A stretch of DNA of 64,000 bases, from positions 116,436,001 to 116,500,000 of the forward strand of contig OZ024742.1 of NCBI GenBank assembly GCA_964016885.1, read 5' to 3'. A program made the translations under genes and the position numbers. Positions 15,235 to 29,516 of the stretch are shown one piece after another; position 1 is the first letter of the stretch, and the number at the start of each line of letters is the position of its first letter. Under the pieces are notes generated by a model that saw only the letters and a program-made list of their open reading frames with translations, did not search any database and was not told the DNA's origin. The DNA is from Eledone cirrhosa. Taxonomy: Eukaryota.

Positions 15235-15489
15235 TACACAGTCCAATAGCTTGTTTAGGACACAACTCCTAGGGCAATCTTAATTAGAGAGACAATGATA
15301 ATCCAGTCATTAAAACCACTTCTTTTTAAGACTAACTACGTGTAGATTATCTAATGTATCTTTCATTTATTAAGACATTAGGGTGTGATTTCAGAAAAAT
15401 AATATGTTGCACTTGTCCTAACAGATCAGGGAAGCACGTAGAGTCAAGTAGTGTCTCCGAACCTCTCTCTCTAGTCTTGTCTCTATACT

Positions 15490-15800
15490 TTCAATGCCTT
15501 GATGAATACCTATTATAGATCACAAATATTAATGAAGGAAATCCAAAATCAATAAAAGCTGCCAGTACAGTCTTCGGTTTTCAGAAAAGACATGCATATG
15601 AAGATACTTATTCAAGACAAATGACCAAATTTATAGTGGCAGATGTTGTGTCCATCATTTTGTAAGGCTCTGAAAGCTACGCAACTGATGATTACCTTCT
15701 CCATAAACTGGAATTATACCGCCAAAGAAGTCTGAAGTTCATGATGCACATTCGGTGGCAGCACAGAACCAGGAACACCAGCGTTCTCCTTCCAGCCCAG
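15490..15800 (+). pseudogene. Old RTE-clade RT fragment
   Basis: Broken translation: EIQNQ*KAASTVFG..VVSIIL*GSESY..KLELYRQRSLKFMMHIRWQHRTRNTSVL. Confidence 0.6.
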
Positions 15801-16930
15801 TTTCTCTGATGATAAGATCATAGTTTCATCACGTGAGCCTCAATGTCACGGAAAACGACAAAAAGATAAGGGAAACTAGAGAACGGCAAACGTATATAAA
15901 GGAAAGATTGAAGAAATATAAAGAAGTATTAAGAGTAAATATAATCAAGAGTGTAGAGAAAGAAGGAAAAATGACGAATGTTGGCTAAAATTCTAGAATA
16001 CTGAGTACAATTATCTACGATCGCGTTAGGGCATATTTATTATGTAGGCACGTGGAAGAAAATACGAACATTTAAGGTGTATACTCGTGAAAGAAAATGG
16101 TTTAGAATTGTATCGCATATACTTTATATCGGTAAATGTAGGCAGTCAGTTAGTTTAACTGTACAACAAATCGTTAAAACTCATTCTTCAAAGAATATTT
16201 TCTCTCCCATACATAGTAGCTTACAAAGATACAAATAAGTGCCATATAGACACACACATTGGCATCAAAATTTTCTCCACACACACGGATTTAACTCCGT
16301 AGTACTAGATCCCATCTAATTAAAATGTGTTGTTTTTATTAGTTAAATGTATACTTCTGCCTGAGTTTAAGGTAGTTTCAGTGTTAGCCTAGCTACTAGT
16401 ACCAAATGCAAAAAGAACTCGAACTAATACACCCACTTGAAATTATAACAACAATTGTAAAAACTACCAGATGATCCGTGATCTTTGGAGATAAATAATA
16501 TATAGTTTCTCTTGTTGAGAGATATATTTAATTTGTCAATGGGAGACTGGGCTCTTCTTTGTTCAGTATGACTTGCTGCTGGTCGTGGAGTCAATTCTAT
16601 GGCTATGTTGTCTGAAAATAGCAAAAAATCACGGCTGTTGGCTGGCATACATACACTTGGGCCCTCATATATCTTCGAAAAATACAATTCTACCTCCTCT
16701 TAACAATTTGATATCTTAAGTAAAACATACAGGTAAACGCGGATGCGCACATAAACACACGTACATACACACACGTACAGAGCTATACACAACCAATCCC
16801 TAAATATATAAAAATCTATGTATCTGTGTATATAAAATACAATCAATTCTTTTAAAACTTTTCTGCGACATCCCATAAAGAAAAATGTACAATTAGATGG
16901 ACAGTGTGTACCCTTGTATGGAAAAGCCAT

Positions 16931-17020
16931 GCCTCTGAAGATATGGCCAGTCAACTGTGGGGCCTTTCGACTAACAGTCTGGAGCTAGCTTTTGAAACGG
17001 CAAGAGCTCAGCCGTCGGGC
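16931..17020 (+). ncRNA. Type-I hammerhead ribozyme with long imperfect stem II
   Basis: GCCT-CTGAAGA-(~52 nt)-GAAACGGC-aagagctca-GCCGTC-GGGC. 5-bp stem III, GUC site at 17016. Confidence 0.75.
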
Positions 17021-17136
17021 CTCGAATCTTTATAGTATAGTCATATTCTACCACTCCAAGTATCGGGTACTATGTTGAATAATGGTCTAAGTGTTTTAAA
17101 AATGGTTCTATCCTGATATATAGAGAGATTAGGGGA

Positions 17137-17356
17137 AGATTTAAAATAGTCGAAGTCTGTGTTTCATATGTACAAACTTTATTTGAATATTACATTTGTT
17201 TCGATATCAATCACCTCAGGGTACAATCAAGGTGTCGAATATAAGTCGGCCCCGTCACCTTCATTGTACTCTGAGCTGATTGATATCGAAACAATTGTAA
17301 TATGCAAATAAAGTTTGTATATATGCTGCAACACTTACTTCGACTATTTTAAATCT
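17137..17356. repeat. ~220-bp imperfect palindrome containing a hammerhead 3' half
   Basis: Arms at 17137-17237 and 17253-17356. GAAAC-AATT-GTA at 17288-17299, followed by AATAAA. Confidence 0.85.
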
Positions 17357-20300
17357 ATTTACACTCTGTACACTACAGCCGTAAAACTGGAAAACAAACC
17401 AAATGAAACGGACCTCGTAACAACAATGCGTGCTTCAAATTAACACACACACACACATACACACACACACGTGAGCGCGCACGCACAAAAATATATATAT
17501 ATATATATAAATATATATACACATGTGTACATATGTGTATGAATTTATATAATAATCGTTGATATTTTTCTTTTCTATTTGTTAGAACCACAATTCCCCT
17601 TTGGTTTAATATAGCAGAAACTTTGGTAATGTACTGAAAGACCTTTGGATATATGAATTATAGTATTATTTATTAAACGTTAGATTCCGTTACAGTACAT
17701 TGGCCCGTGATTATCCTTTTAAAAGACTCGTCTAATCTTTCGAGTATCTACTTCAAGCCGAACATAAAATCTATTACATACCAAATATAAAATCAGTATA
17801 TTGATGAGCGCTTCCATGTAAAGTGACAATTATATTTTTCGATATATGTTTTCATGTTAAATATTCACATGTACTATTTTCAGTTTAATTACATGCGTCT
17901 AATTTATTTTTCATATTTCAACAATGCCAACAATGTTTTTCAACTACAGATTTACCATATACTATTGACATAAAAATTAATACAATAAATATTCGAAGAC
18001 TAACTCAAATAGTTCACGTTAACTGTTTGAGTCGTGTTTACTTTCAAAACCGCTATGACAGTTTGTGTAATTCTCCCAATCTACAAATGATGTATACCTC
18101 CAACTAATATAGGTAGTAATATTCCTTTATATTATACACTTGTAATATACGAACAAATATTACAATATCATTAAATATCATGAAACACTTTGAATGTGAA
18201 GGAAGATTCTTTCCGATGACATGTATTTGACAACTTACCACACATAATGCAGCATTTTGTTTTCCGCAATTTGTTTTGATAGTAACAATCCTCCTGCTAA
18301 ATATCATGTTTGATACCCTCTCTAACTGGCACAGCTACGGCTCCGATGATACTAAATTATTTGTAAAAATGATAAAATCTTTGTCAAATATCATCATTTC
18401 CCTGCCGAATACTACTCATTGATTCAAATCTGAGAAAAGTTCGTATCAGAACTTTGTCTTTAATTCATATTGCGAGAATGCTGTGTTTGCTTTTTTACAC
18501 AATACCTGTACCACATCGATGAACAACAAATTCAAAAAGATCTTTCAATGGTGACATGGTAACCCGGACACTTTTAATAGCCCCAAACCAACTCCGCTTC
18601 ACAGATAATAGATATAGTGCATGTATGCCATTCATGCTAGTTATGAACAAGAGAATGTCGTTAAAAGTTTAAGCCCCACTCGCATTGTCTAATGATATAC
18701 CGAAGTCAGGCTGGATTAATATCAACTGATACTCGAGGCACAGTCCATTAAATTGTGAGCCTTCGACTATTCCATATGTTCTACTTAAGGATTAAATTTC
18801 AATCTATAGATTAAAAGTCCGGTTTTTGTTCCAGACACCATAGCTAAAATAAATATAACCTGGATGTTTTCCTAATTGTATGCTTTTATCACCATCTAGC
18901 TTGCAGCCAGAGAAAGAAATCGTTATTTAATTATAATTATGTCACATGCGTATTTAAACAATATTAATTTACCGTTTCCACGAAAGTTAAACTGGTACTC
19001 TAACAAACTGTGGTATCTCCATACCTATCTACACGTTTTTATATCGTTTAATGGTTAATTCGACCTGAAACTGCTCATGGCGTCCAAATAATGAGATTTA
19101 TTCTCCAATACACATCATAAACTTGCTTACATATACACTGCTGCTTCTCCCATTCTCTTGCATGGTTCTTGCACCGATATGGTTTCCTTCGATCGAACAT
19201 TTTCCAACCCGCCGCTAACTTGCCAAAATCTAACACATCTGTCTCAAACCTTTTCGTTTCAACTGCAACACTTACACAATACATTTCGCCAAAATCCCTC
19301 TTCCCAACAATAGCAATCTTTTGGAAATCAGTTGCAGTCGAGTGCTTCGTACAGATGTTCAATGTAAACAACAAATATATTGATCCCCCTCTTACACAGT
19401 CTGAAAACATTTTGAAAACCATACTCTATTTATTTACTAGAAAAAAACGAAACTTTCGCATATATACGTAAACACCCACACACTTACATACGGCACACAC
19501 ACATATATATCTATATCTGGGAATGGTTAAACAACACGTTCACACAGATACACTCATACGCACTACATATTTTCTCATATTAGATGAAATTCGGTTGAAG
19601 AGAACCATCTGTTATTCTTAATAAAGATTTGCCTGCTTATTAGTGTTAACGATGTATGTACAGAAGAAATCTGATACGACAGAAATATTTAACAATGTCA
19701 AAATTGTCATAATAGATACTTCCGCTTCATCTATATTTCACGATCTAATCTCCTTTTAGTCTCGTAACTCCGGGGAGTGTCGTAGGTGCGGCGCATTGAC
19801 ATACGGCGTTTCTAGGGAATTTATTTATCATGGCAAAACATATCTCCTCACCCTGTCTGAATACATCAGATCTTTTCCAGGCAAGGTGAGAGTGAGAGAA
19901 AGGAAATGACAGAGAGATATGGAGGACGAATCAACCCAGTACTAGATTGGTACTTTTTTTTATCCACCTTGAATGGATGAAAGGCAAAGTTGACCGGGAT
20001 TTAAACTCAGAGAGTAGATAGCCGAAACGAATATCGTAAAGCATTCTATCCGACTTTCTACCAACTCTGCCAATTTGCCGCCATCATGATCTAATAAAGT
20101 GTTACATTTAGTGAGCTGGCAAGAGGAATGGTTTTTTTTACGTCTTTATACTAATCATTTATTTTTCACTGTTTAAGTCATAGAGGGGAAGGTATCTTTA
20201 AACATGGTCCGCAGTCTTGCAGCAGAGTGTATTCAATAAGGTACACAAGGTCCAAGTAGTATTGATAAATTGGATGACGTGTTATGTTTACCATCCAATT

Positions 20301-20969
20301 AAGCTGCAAAGGGATTTGAATTCAGAATGCAGACAGCAGGAATATATAAGGCAGCATCTGCTCCAACGCTCTAACGATTCTGCATTCCACATTACTGGAC
20401 TGGTGCTTTATTTTCTCGACGCCGAAAGGATGAGTCACAAAGTTCATTTTCTTGGGATTTGAACACGAATCTCGGAAAGCAACTATCCTAAATCATTTAT
20501 TTCTACTCTCTGACGAAACTGGCAAATCTCATTTTCTGAATTAGTGTAGAAATAAAAGGGAGAGAATACAGTTTGTATAGAGTTTACGGCATTCGGTTAC
20601 ATGTTTAAATTGGCTGATTTCCAGCAATCTACCTGCAGTAAATAGGTCGTGTGAGATATTTTATTTAAATCTTTCTTTCTTACGTCGGTGATTTACACCT
20701 AAAAAGTAAAAACAGTTTAACATTTTATTTAATGACAAAGCACACCTATGTAATTAGAGCCTACTTTAGTTTCTTCAACAAATTGTACACTTATTTGTCT
20801 TGTCAACAGGCTCTTATTTGGAAATTAGCTTAATAAAACAGCAGTGAAGTATAATCAGCTATATTCAAGTTATCGCTTGTGTGTTGATTGCTACCCAGCT
20901 GATATACATATATAGCAACATATACTATTTTCGCTTTACTCTCACTCGCCCTCTCAGTCTCACTCCACT

Positions 20970-21008
<39 letters not shown>

Positions 21009-21031
21009 ACACACACATACACACACACACA

Positions 21032-21066
<35 letters not shown>

Positions 21067-21164
21067 TCTCTCTTTCTCTCTCTCTATCTATCTATCTTCC
21101 TATCTATCTGTATGTTTATATATATATATATATATTGTCGTACACACTTTCAAGTTGAGCATCA

Positions 21165-21450
21165 CTGGAACCTTCTACTACTCCTCAATCTATATACTGA
21201 CAATCACAGAAAAGTGATTCACATAAACCAAAATGTACAGGAAAGTTGCTGCAGAAGCACTTTGTACACCACGTTTTTGTCTTTCCCTACAGAGCAAATT
21301 TGGTCTGTGCACAGAATGATATCGTCTGGAAAAGCAACAGATACAACTACGTTAGTGAAACATACACCAGCATGAAATAATTCCAGAGAGGTCTCATCCT
21401 GAACGGCTACTCAGATTCTTTTATCAAACGCCAAATGCCAAGGTACCAAG
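21165..21450 (+). pseudogene. Possible decayed PLE thumb-region fragment
   Basis: TKMYRK ... [10 protein letters not shown] across frames. Confidence 0.35.
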
Positions 21451-21530
21451 ATACCATCTAAACGAAATAGGAGGAAACGTGCCGCATTTCAATTAGAAGT
21501 GTACCGTTGCCAACCAGCACGCTGTACAAT

Positions 21531-21766
<236 letters not shown>

Positions 21767-21832
21767 CGTACTGCCTCTCTGTTTTATTCCCGTTCCATTT
21801 TTCACTATATATATATATATATATATATTAAT

Positions 21833-22003
21833 AATAATAATAAATGTGAAGGCTAAAATCCAAAGTGGGCTCGATAAGGATAAATATATATCAAATATAT
21901 AAGAAGCCTAGAGCAAATATTTATTAAAATAACAGATTAGAAGATCCCGTTAAGGATGAAAGCAGCGATTCTTTGCGTAAACTTTAATCTGTTATTTTAA
22001 TAA

Positions 22004-22007
<4 letters not shown>
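21833..22007. repeat. Inverted-plus-direct remnant of the CAGAAGA hammerhead family between (TA)n tracts
   Basis: TATTTATTAAAATAACAGATT / AATCTGTTATTTTAATAAATA arms surround AGAAGATCCCGTTAAGGATGAAAGCAGCG. Confidence 0.8.
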
Positions 22008-22042
<35 letters not shown>

Positions 22043-22673
22043 ATGCATCTAACAAACTGTAAAACGGGGCGAGGGCTGGGTTCTTATTCGCTCAACATGT
22101 TTGTTTCTTTTTTGTTGTTTTGTTTTGTTTTCTATTTAGTCAGAGATGAAATAGCAGTGATCATGAACTCTTCTAGGGCTTTCAAGATTGGTCTTAAGGA
22201 GAAAGCTTTGTACAACACGAAGCCATATTCCTAATACTTGTATCAAACTTTCAGAGACATGTGTACTCTTAACGTGTAACAAGGCTCTTTCCTTGGATCA
22301 CAGGTACAATCCATCAGAGAGCATTCTAAGCTATTTCTCTTTACCTAATTTACTCAGAAGGGACCAGGAATTCATGTCGAATCTCTTAACCATTCAGCCA
22401 TGCTGCATCCACATATATAGAGATGGAGAAAGAAGTGGAAGAGAGAGAATGAGAGAGAAAATAAATAGAGTTAGACCTAACGAATGTGCACACTCTGCTG
22501 AAGCACCGGGGCCCTGTTATAAGAATAATTTATAAATGTATTTTTCTGATACTCATATCAGCCGTGATTTATTTCTCTCTTGTTGGATACAACGATAATA
22601 AGGTCAGGGTGCATTGTATATTTGCTCGCACAAGTGTATGTGTGTGTATGTGTGTGTGTGTTTGTGTGTGTGT

Positions 22674-22721
<48 letters not shown>

Positions 22722-23390
22722 TGTGAGTGTGGGTGGGTAGGTGTGGGTGTGTGGGTGGGTGTGGGTGTGTGTGTGTGTGTGTGTGTGTTTATGCATATGT
22801 GTGTCTATGTACAACAAAGGCATGAACTAGCTGATGTCGTAAATCAACGTTTTACATCAGGTGAATAGGTATAGTAAAACGTTGATTTACGACACCGTAA
22901 CAAACATAACAAACATTGCTTTGTCATTGTTTCATTTATTTCTATTTTTACTTCATTTATTACATAAGTTATATAAAGAATTCGATTACTATATAGTTTC
23001 GAAAAAATTAGTTTCACTCCGTTAATTTCCAATAAGCGTTTTCATGTTTTATTGACTCTTAATCCTTGATTCTGACCTTGTCAATCATCCTCGAAATATT
23101 TCATTCTTTTTTTTTTTCAAATTTCACTTATGTTGCCCTTCATGTTTAATGTATATATATATATATCTATATATATATATATATATATATATATGTAGAT
23201 AGATAGATAGATAGATATGTGTGTGTGTCGTTGTGTGTGTGTGTCGTTGTGTGTGTGTGTGTCGTTGTGTGTGTGTGTGTGTGTGTGTGTCGTTGTGTGT
23301 GCCGTTGTGTGTGTGTGTGCCGCTGTGTGTGTGTATGTATGTATGTACATATAAGTGTGTGTGCGTGTAGTTATCCATTTCTCTCTCTCT

Positions 23391-23424
<34 letters not shown>

Positions 23425-23432
23425 AAAGATTT

Positions 23433-23478
<46 letters not shown>

Positions 23479-23719
23479 AAATCTTTCTTTGATTTTGTTA
23501 TCTTTTCTCTTTCATCTGACCGAATGGTTTATTCATTACTTCCGCCTCTTGACTTAAAGAATGGATTGAAAAAATAAAATCACTTTAGAATTATATTGTT
23601 CCCACATTATTCAGATAATGTGAAATATTTCTGTTTTTATTTGTGTGAAGAATTTTCTTTCTCTTAATATGCGCGAGGCCCTTAATTAGCGTACAAATTA
23701 CTGGAACTAATTAAAATTT

Positions 23720-24060
23720 GTAACATAGGCACAAGATCAACTGCTTAGGTGAAAGGTTTCGTTGATTAAATGAACGTCAGCCCTTGACTGGTATTTTATC
23801 GATCCCACAAGAATGCAAGTTAAAGTTGAATTCTTTGGAATTTGAATTCAGAACGTAAAGAGCCGTATAATAATTGTTTCTACTTTTGGCACAAGGCCAG
23901 CAATTACCCAGTACATTACTGGTACTTTATTTTATCGACCCCGTAAGGATGAAAGGCAAAGTTAACCTCGACGGGATTTGAACTCAGACCGTAAAGGGAC
24001 GTAACTATGCTGGAGAGCATGGCGTCCGACTCTCTACCGATACTGCCAATCCACCGTAAA
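23720..24060 (-). mobile_element. Two head-to-tail SINE copies
   Basis: Core TACTTTATTTTATCGACCCCGTAAGGATGAAAGGCAAAGTT..GGATTTGAACTC, with a B-box-like GTTCAAATCC on the minus strand. Confidence 0.8.
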
Positions 24061-25324
24061 GAGCCGTATAATAATGATTCAGGTGATATAAAAAGTAAAG
24101 CCTATCTCAGCAAGATGTTGAATTCAGAACATAATAAAGAGTAAATCAACCCTGAATTTTTCAGGACTATATTGTGACATTCAATAACTCCTTCCCTTTA
24201 TTTTATCCATATTATTCATTGGAATTCTTTCCTTTAAAAGCAAATAACAGTGAAATAGCAATTGCTTTTTCTTCTCCTTCTCCTGAATGTAGTAAAGGAA
24301 GCAAAGCAATAACAAAAATTTAAAAATATAGGCATCATCCCTTGAATTCTTCAGGATGAAACAACAGAATTCATCTGAATAAATTAACAATAGAACGCTG
24401 GTTTCAAGTAGAGTTAATAACCATGAAAACACGCAAATTACACTTGTTATGCTTCAGAGCATATCTGGCTATCGATTTCTTGAAAGATATTTTCGAGAAA
24501 AGAATTACTCAAATTAGAAACTAAACGAAAAAACAAAAAAATGTAGTTTGAAGAAAATTAAAGAAATTCTTGAAAGGAGAATTGAAAGACGGAAACGGGG
24601 AGAGAGGGGGAGAGGGAAAATGTGTATGATGTTTGACTTTAAGCGTCTGAGTGTGTCTGTGTGTGTATGATTGAACTTCAGTTAAGTCCTGATCCAGCAA
24701 ATTTATGATTAATGAAATTCCAACGCTAACCATCCCATTTTGTTATCCAGAAATACAGAAAATAGCTTATAATGCGCGACATTCCCTTGCGCATACGTTG
24801 ACTGAAGACCATTAAAAGTTTCCACAACTTTTGATAGTGGTATTATAATCAGAATCATTCCGGACGTGACCTTCGCATCCTTTTAGACAATGTGCTCTTC
24901 GTTTTTGTACAAGATAGAGGGGATTTGAGAGAAATGTGACTGGTATTTCTAGCAGATCAAATGGCTAAGTAGTCAGCTCATAATAGCAGTTATAGTGGTG
25001 CCGTTAATTATAATTTGGATAGCTTTTATTTAGCTGATCTATGATCATAGACATTCTATCATAAACATTTATCATCTGTTGTTATCTTCCTGCGCTTGTC
25101 TATGTACGACATTAACTTAACATTGTCCTTCTTGAAACCGTGCAGCTTTTGTGAATGTTGTTATTGTTGCTGCTGTCGCTCTTGCTCTAGTACGTTATTT
25201 CCATCTGTCTCTTGCCGTCCGTTAAGTTGTTTCTTCAGTTGGATCTTCCACTATTTTTGTTGTTGTTATTATGTTTATGATGGTGATGGTTAATGGTGGT
25301 GTGTTTGCTAAATTGCTGGCTTCA

Positions 25325-25685
25325 TTAATAATTGTTTCTACTTTAGGCACAAGGCCAGCAATTACCCAGTGCATTACTGGTACTTTATTTTATCGACCCC
25401 GTAAGGATGAAAGGCAAAGTCAACCTCGGTGGGATTTGAACTCAGATCGTAAAGGGATGTAACTCTGCTGGAAAGCATGGCGTCCGACCCTCTACCGATA
25501 CTGCCAATTCATTAATAATGATTTCTGATTTAGGCACAGGAATAATACTTCTGGAGGAAAGAGAAAGTCGATTAAATCGACACAAGTGCTAAACTGGTAC
25601 GTTATTTTATCGACCCCGTAAGGATGAATGGCAAAGTTGACTATAGTAATATTTGAACTCAGAACGTAAAGAACCGAATGAAATA
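25325..25685 (-). mobile_element. Two head-to-tail SINE copies
   Basis: Same core. The first copy is nearly identical to 23870-24055 and 28638-28825. Confidence 0.8.
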
Positions 25686-25799
25686 ATATACATGGGTAAC
25701 ATCTTCTAGATTTTCGCATAGAAAATGCTTGTGAACGCTACATTCATTATACTTAATGTGATCAGGGAACGTAATTAAACCACAGCTTTCTATCTATGT

Positions 25800-26215
25800 A
25801 GACTTCCTATGTGTTATGGCTATGGTGAAAGAGGTTACATGGTGGACGAGGTTAAAAGGGCTGAGGTCAGACACCTTTCTCTCCGGCGAGCAACTGATTC
25901 GTTTTTTCAAATATCATTTTGGAAGAAGAATCAGGATGGAGAGAGAGGTGCTGTACCCCAGCAAATTTTATAAAAGGTGGGTGAATGTGGCAAAGATGGC
26001 TCGAGTGGTTGGGCCTTCTCTCTGTATAATCCTGGAGATGAGGGTTGTACATTTTTTCGGGGTGTGTACAACCCCTGTGTAACACCCCCCCCCCATTGGG
26101 GATTTCAATTGTTATTTGTTATTGTATTAATAGTTTTATTTTCATATATCTATATGTAAACTCCCCATTTGTATTTGTCCCCTTCTTTTGTGCCCTTGTG
26201 GCTAATAAAGAAATT
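25800..26215 (+). mobile_element. 3' end of an L1/Tx1-like LINE
   Basis: MVKEVTWWTRLKGL..LIRFFKYHFGRRIRMEREVL..FYKRWV resembles an L1/Tx1 ORF2 C-terminus. T-rich UTR with AATAAA at 26204. Confidence 0.55.
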
Positions 26216-27227
26216 TATCTATGTAGACTGCAAATAAGGCCTAACTTCATGCAGATAAACCTTGTTTTTCCTGAACTATTGGTCGAAAAGCACGTATTAA
26301 TCAACATGCAAAGGGGAAGCGAATAGGAGAAAATCGAAATTAGATAACGTGATGGTGTGGATAATTCGCAACGGTTCCATATACTCCTCTTCCTCCTCTC
26401 AGATTGTACTCCGAACAGGGGTACAATTATCTGTAGGAAAATGCAAATAGAAAACCCGACGACTGCAATCATGGAGAAGTAAAAACAATGTAGTCATTAC
26501 AACACGATCTGTGATGTTTTGGTTGTAGTTACACCAAAGACAGCTGTGTTTATATGTGTATTTGTATGCGTGTGCCAATGTGTATATGTATGTTTGCGGT
26601 ATATGTATGCGTTGGTGTGTGTGATAAAAAGTACAAGGTTGCATGGATATACGAATTATACAGAATATTATCTGTTTAATATTTTTGTATTTTGTTTCTT
26701 TGCTGCTTATTCCGTTCCTTAGCGTGTTGGTGTTGTGCTTTTTTATTGTAGTAATACGTTCTAGTTTCACCTCTAGCAATAATCTATGGTGTTAAAGAAG
26801 CAAAGAAAAAGAACATTTAAAAGTTGTAAACTATGTGGAACTTGTATAAGGAAAAGTTGAGTTAATATCAACAAAATACAGTATGTATCCATTAGTACTT
26901 CTGAAGTTTCACGTCAGCCTCCCCACCACCATCATCATCACTAACTTCGCCCTGTTACCTACCCTGGGACATAGCACTGAGCGATAATTTCTTCGAAACA
27001 ACTGTCATATTAACGCAGTAGGCGTTTAACAAACAAACAGATCAGTGATAGCCGTATTTCCCTAACCGCTACGCTCGCAACACTCAACGAATGCTTAGTA
27101 ATGTTAGTGAATTTCTCAAACGAGCAACAAGCAGTAACAGAGATGCTGGCTATCTGCCAGGGCTAATGGAGAAACGTTCTGTCTCCAAGGCATTACCTGA
27201 ATCTTACTGTTTTTCAAAGTTTATATG

Positions 27228-27269
<42 letters not shown>

Positions 27270-27290
27270 CATACATATACATACATATAC

Positions 27291-27427
<137 letters not shown>

Positions 27428-27650
27428 TGTATGCACTGCCTGAGCAAATGAATTTCACTGATACAATTACATTTAAGCACGCACACACAAGTCTTACCGT
27501 GCTATTCATTATTCAGATGAATACAAACACGCACACTTATAGATATATGTATGTATATATACCAGTATTAAACTAGTAAGACCATCATCCAACAGAATAC
27601 TCGATACGTGAGATAGTTGAGTATTACTATATTAGAAAGAGTCGTAGTCC

Positions 27651-27715
27651 TTGTCATTTTGGCAGCTAATTCCAGTTTGGAATTAGCTATCGAAACGACA
27701 AAAGCTCAGCCCTTG
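27651..27715. repeat. Short fold-back of the 16931 hammerhead family
   Basis: TTGTCATTTTGGCAGCTAATTCCA-gtt-TGGAATTAGCTATCGAAACGACAA. Right arm aligns to 16980-17013. Confidence 0.7.
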
Positions 27716-27743
27716 TGCCCCAATTTTTTCTTATATATATATA

Positions 27744-27797
27744 AGAGTTTCAGAAGATCCCGTTAAGGGTGAAAGCAGCGATTCTTTGCTTGAACTT
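27744..27797 (+). ncRNA. Hammerhead-like motif with variant core CAGAAGA
   Basis: AGAGTTT-CAGAAGA-tCCC gttaa GGGt-GAAA-GCAG cgattct TTGC-TT-GAACTT. Family copies at 21939, 39918 (-) and 39965 (+). Confidence 0.65.
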
Positions 27798-27812
27798 TAA
27801 TCTGTTATTTTA

Positions 27813-27856
<44 letters not shown>

Positions 27857-28014
27857 GATAACTATATATATATGTATATGTGTGTATATATTTATGTATA
27901 TATATGGAGTGTGATCAGATGCCCACACGTTTCAGTTTTATTTCACATCCGTAATAAGCCATAGCTAACACAAAACCACCTCCCAAGATCTCAATTTATT
28001 TTATTGTTTGGGTA

Positions 28015-28830
28015 TGACTGGATTCTAATTTAGGCACAAGGCCAGCAATTTCGGGGAAAGTATAAGACGATAAAATCGAACCACTACTTGACTGCTACTG
28101 TATTTTATTGAAAACTATAAGAATGAAAGGCAACATTGATCACCATAAATACTGCTAATAAATTTCCCGTTGTTCGTATATATCTGCCAATCCACTGCAA
28201 CATAAAATAATAATTTCTAAAGGTCGCTTATGACTAACAAAATTGAGGGTAAAAGTTGATAATATTGACCTTGATACATAGCTGGTACTTTATTTCATTG
28301 ATCCTGGAAGGATGAAATACAAAGTTGATTTCGTTTTGAACTCATAACGTCAATAACCAGAACACATTATGCTAGGAATTTGTCTGACGCTCTAACAAAT
28401 TCGCCAATCCACTGCAACGTAAAATAATGCCCAGAAATTTGGGGTAAAGGAAAGACGATTAATTCGACCCCAGTGCATTAACGGTGTTTTATTTTATCGA
28501 CCCTGTAAGGATGAACGACAAGGCTAACCTCGGCGGGATTTGATCTCACAACGTAATGGGCCATACTTCTATGCCACTAAGTATGTTGTCCGGTACTCTA
28601 CCAATTCATCCAATCTACCGCCCTCACCACAACCTAAAATAATTGTTTCTACTTTTGGCACAAGGCCAGCAATTATTCCAGTGCATTACTGGTACTTTAT
28701 TTTATCGACCCCGTAAGGGTGAAAGGCAAAGTTAACCTCGGCTGGATTTGAACTCAGTTCGTAAAAGGACGTAACTCTATGCCGAAAAGCATGGTGTCCG
28801 ACTCTCTATCGATACTGGCAATTGACGGTA
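28015..28830 (-). mobile_element. Four head-to-tail SINE copies of different ages
   Basis: Core repeated near 28100, 28290, 28490 and 28700. Confidence 0.8.
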
Positions 28831-29338
28831 GAAAATATCGTATACATATAATTTTCGCATGAGAATTAATTGTTAAGTGAGGTTACCCATTTCGCTGAGT
28901 TAAATCGGAAATAATCTTTAATGAATTGAAACTGTACCTGTAATGAGACTAAGCTTCGCAAGCGTTAATGAAAAGTTATTATTACATATTGACTGCCAAA
29001 ATTGTGAGCTAATTCAATCGATATTAGTTAGTGAAAATAGGACTGTTTGTGTGTGAGCTTCCGCGCGCGCTAAAAGTAAATGTCAAACATTACAGGGGAA
29101 GGATATATCTATATTCACTTTTCTTCTATCTAAATTTTCCCGATTTCTTTCTTTTCTTACACTTTCCCAAGCATCCTCTCTCTCCCATGCATCCTCTCTC
29201 TCTCTCTTTCTCCCTCTCCCTTGCTCTATCTTCTGACGAAGGAATCATGGTCGAAACACTTTTCCAATTATATCAAGTGTTAGATTTATATGTATCACCA
29301 TATACATACATATATATATATATATATATACATATATA

Positions 29339-29379
<41 letters not shown>

Positions 29380-29441
29380 ATTTGTTTATGTGAGTGTATG
29401 GGTGTATTTGTATTTGTGTGTGTGTGTGTGGGTGTGGGTAT

Positions 29442-29516
<75 letters not shown>

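Noticed and set aside
18100-19471. Possible decayed DNA transposase or host exon (CPGYHVTIE; ORFs 19075-19422 and 19169-19471)
   Set aside because: Single weak motif with many stops and no recognisable domain; needs tblastn or HMM search.
29230-29265. CTGACGA...GAAAC hammerhead-like spacing
   Set aside because: Stems I-III do not pair; at best a heavily decayed remnant.
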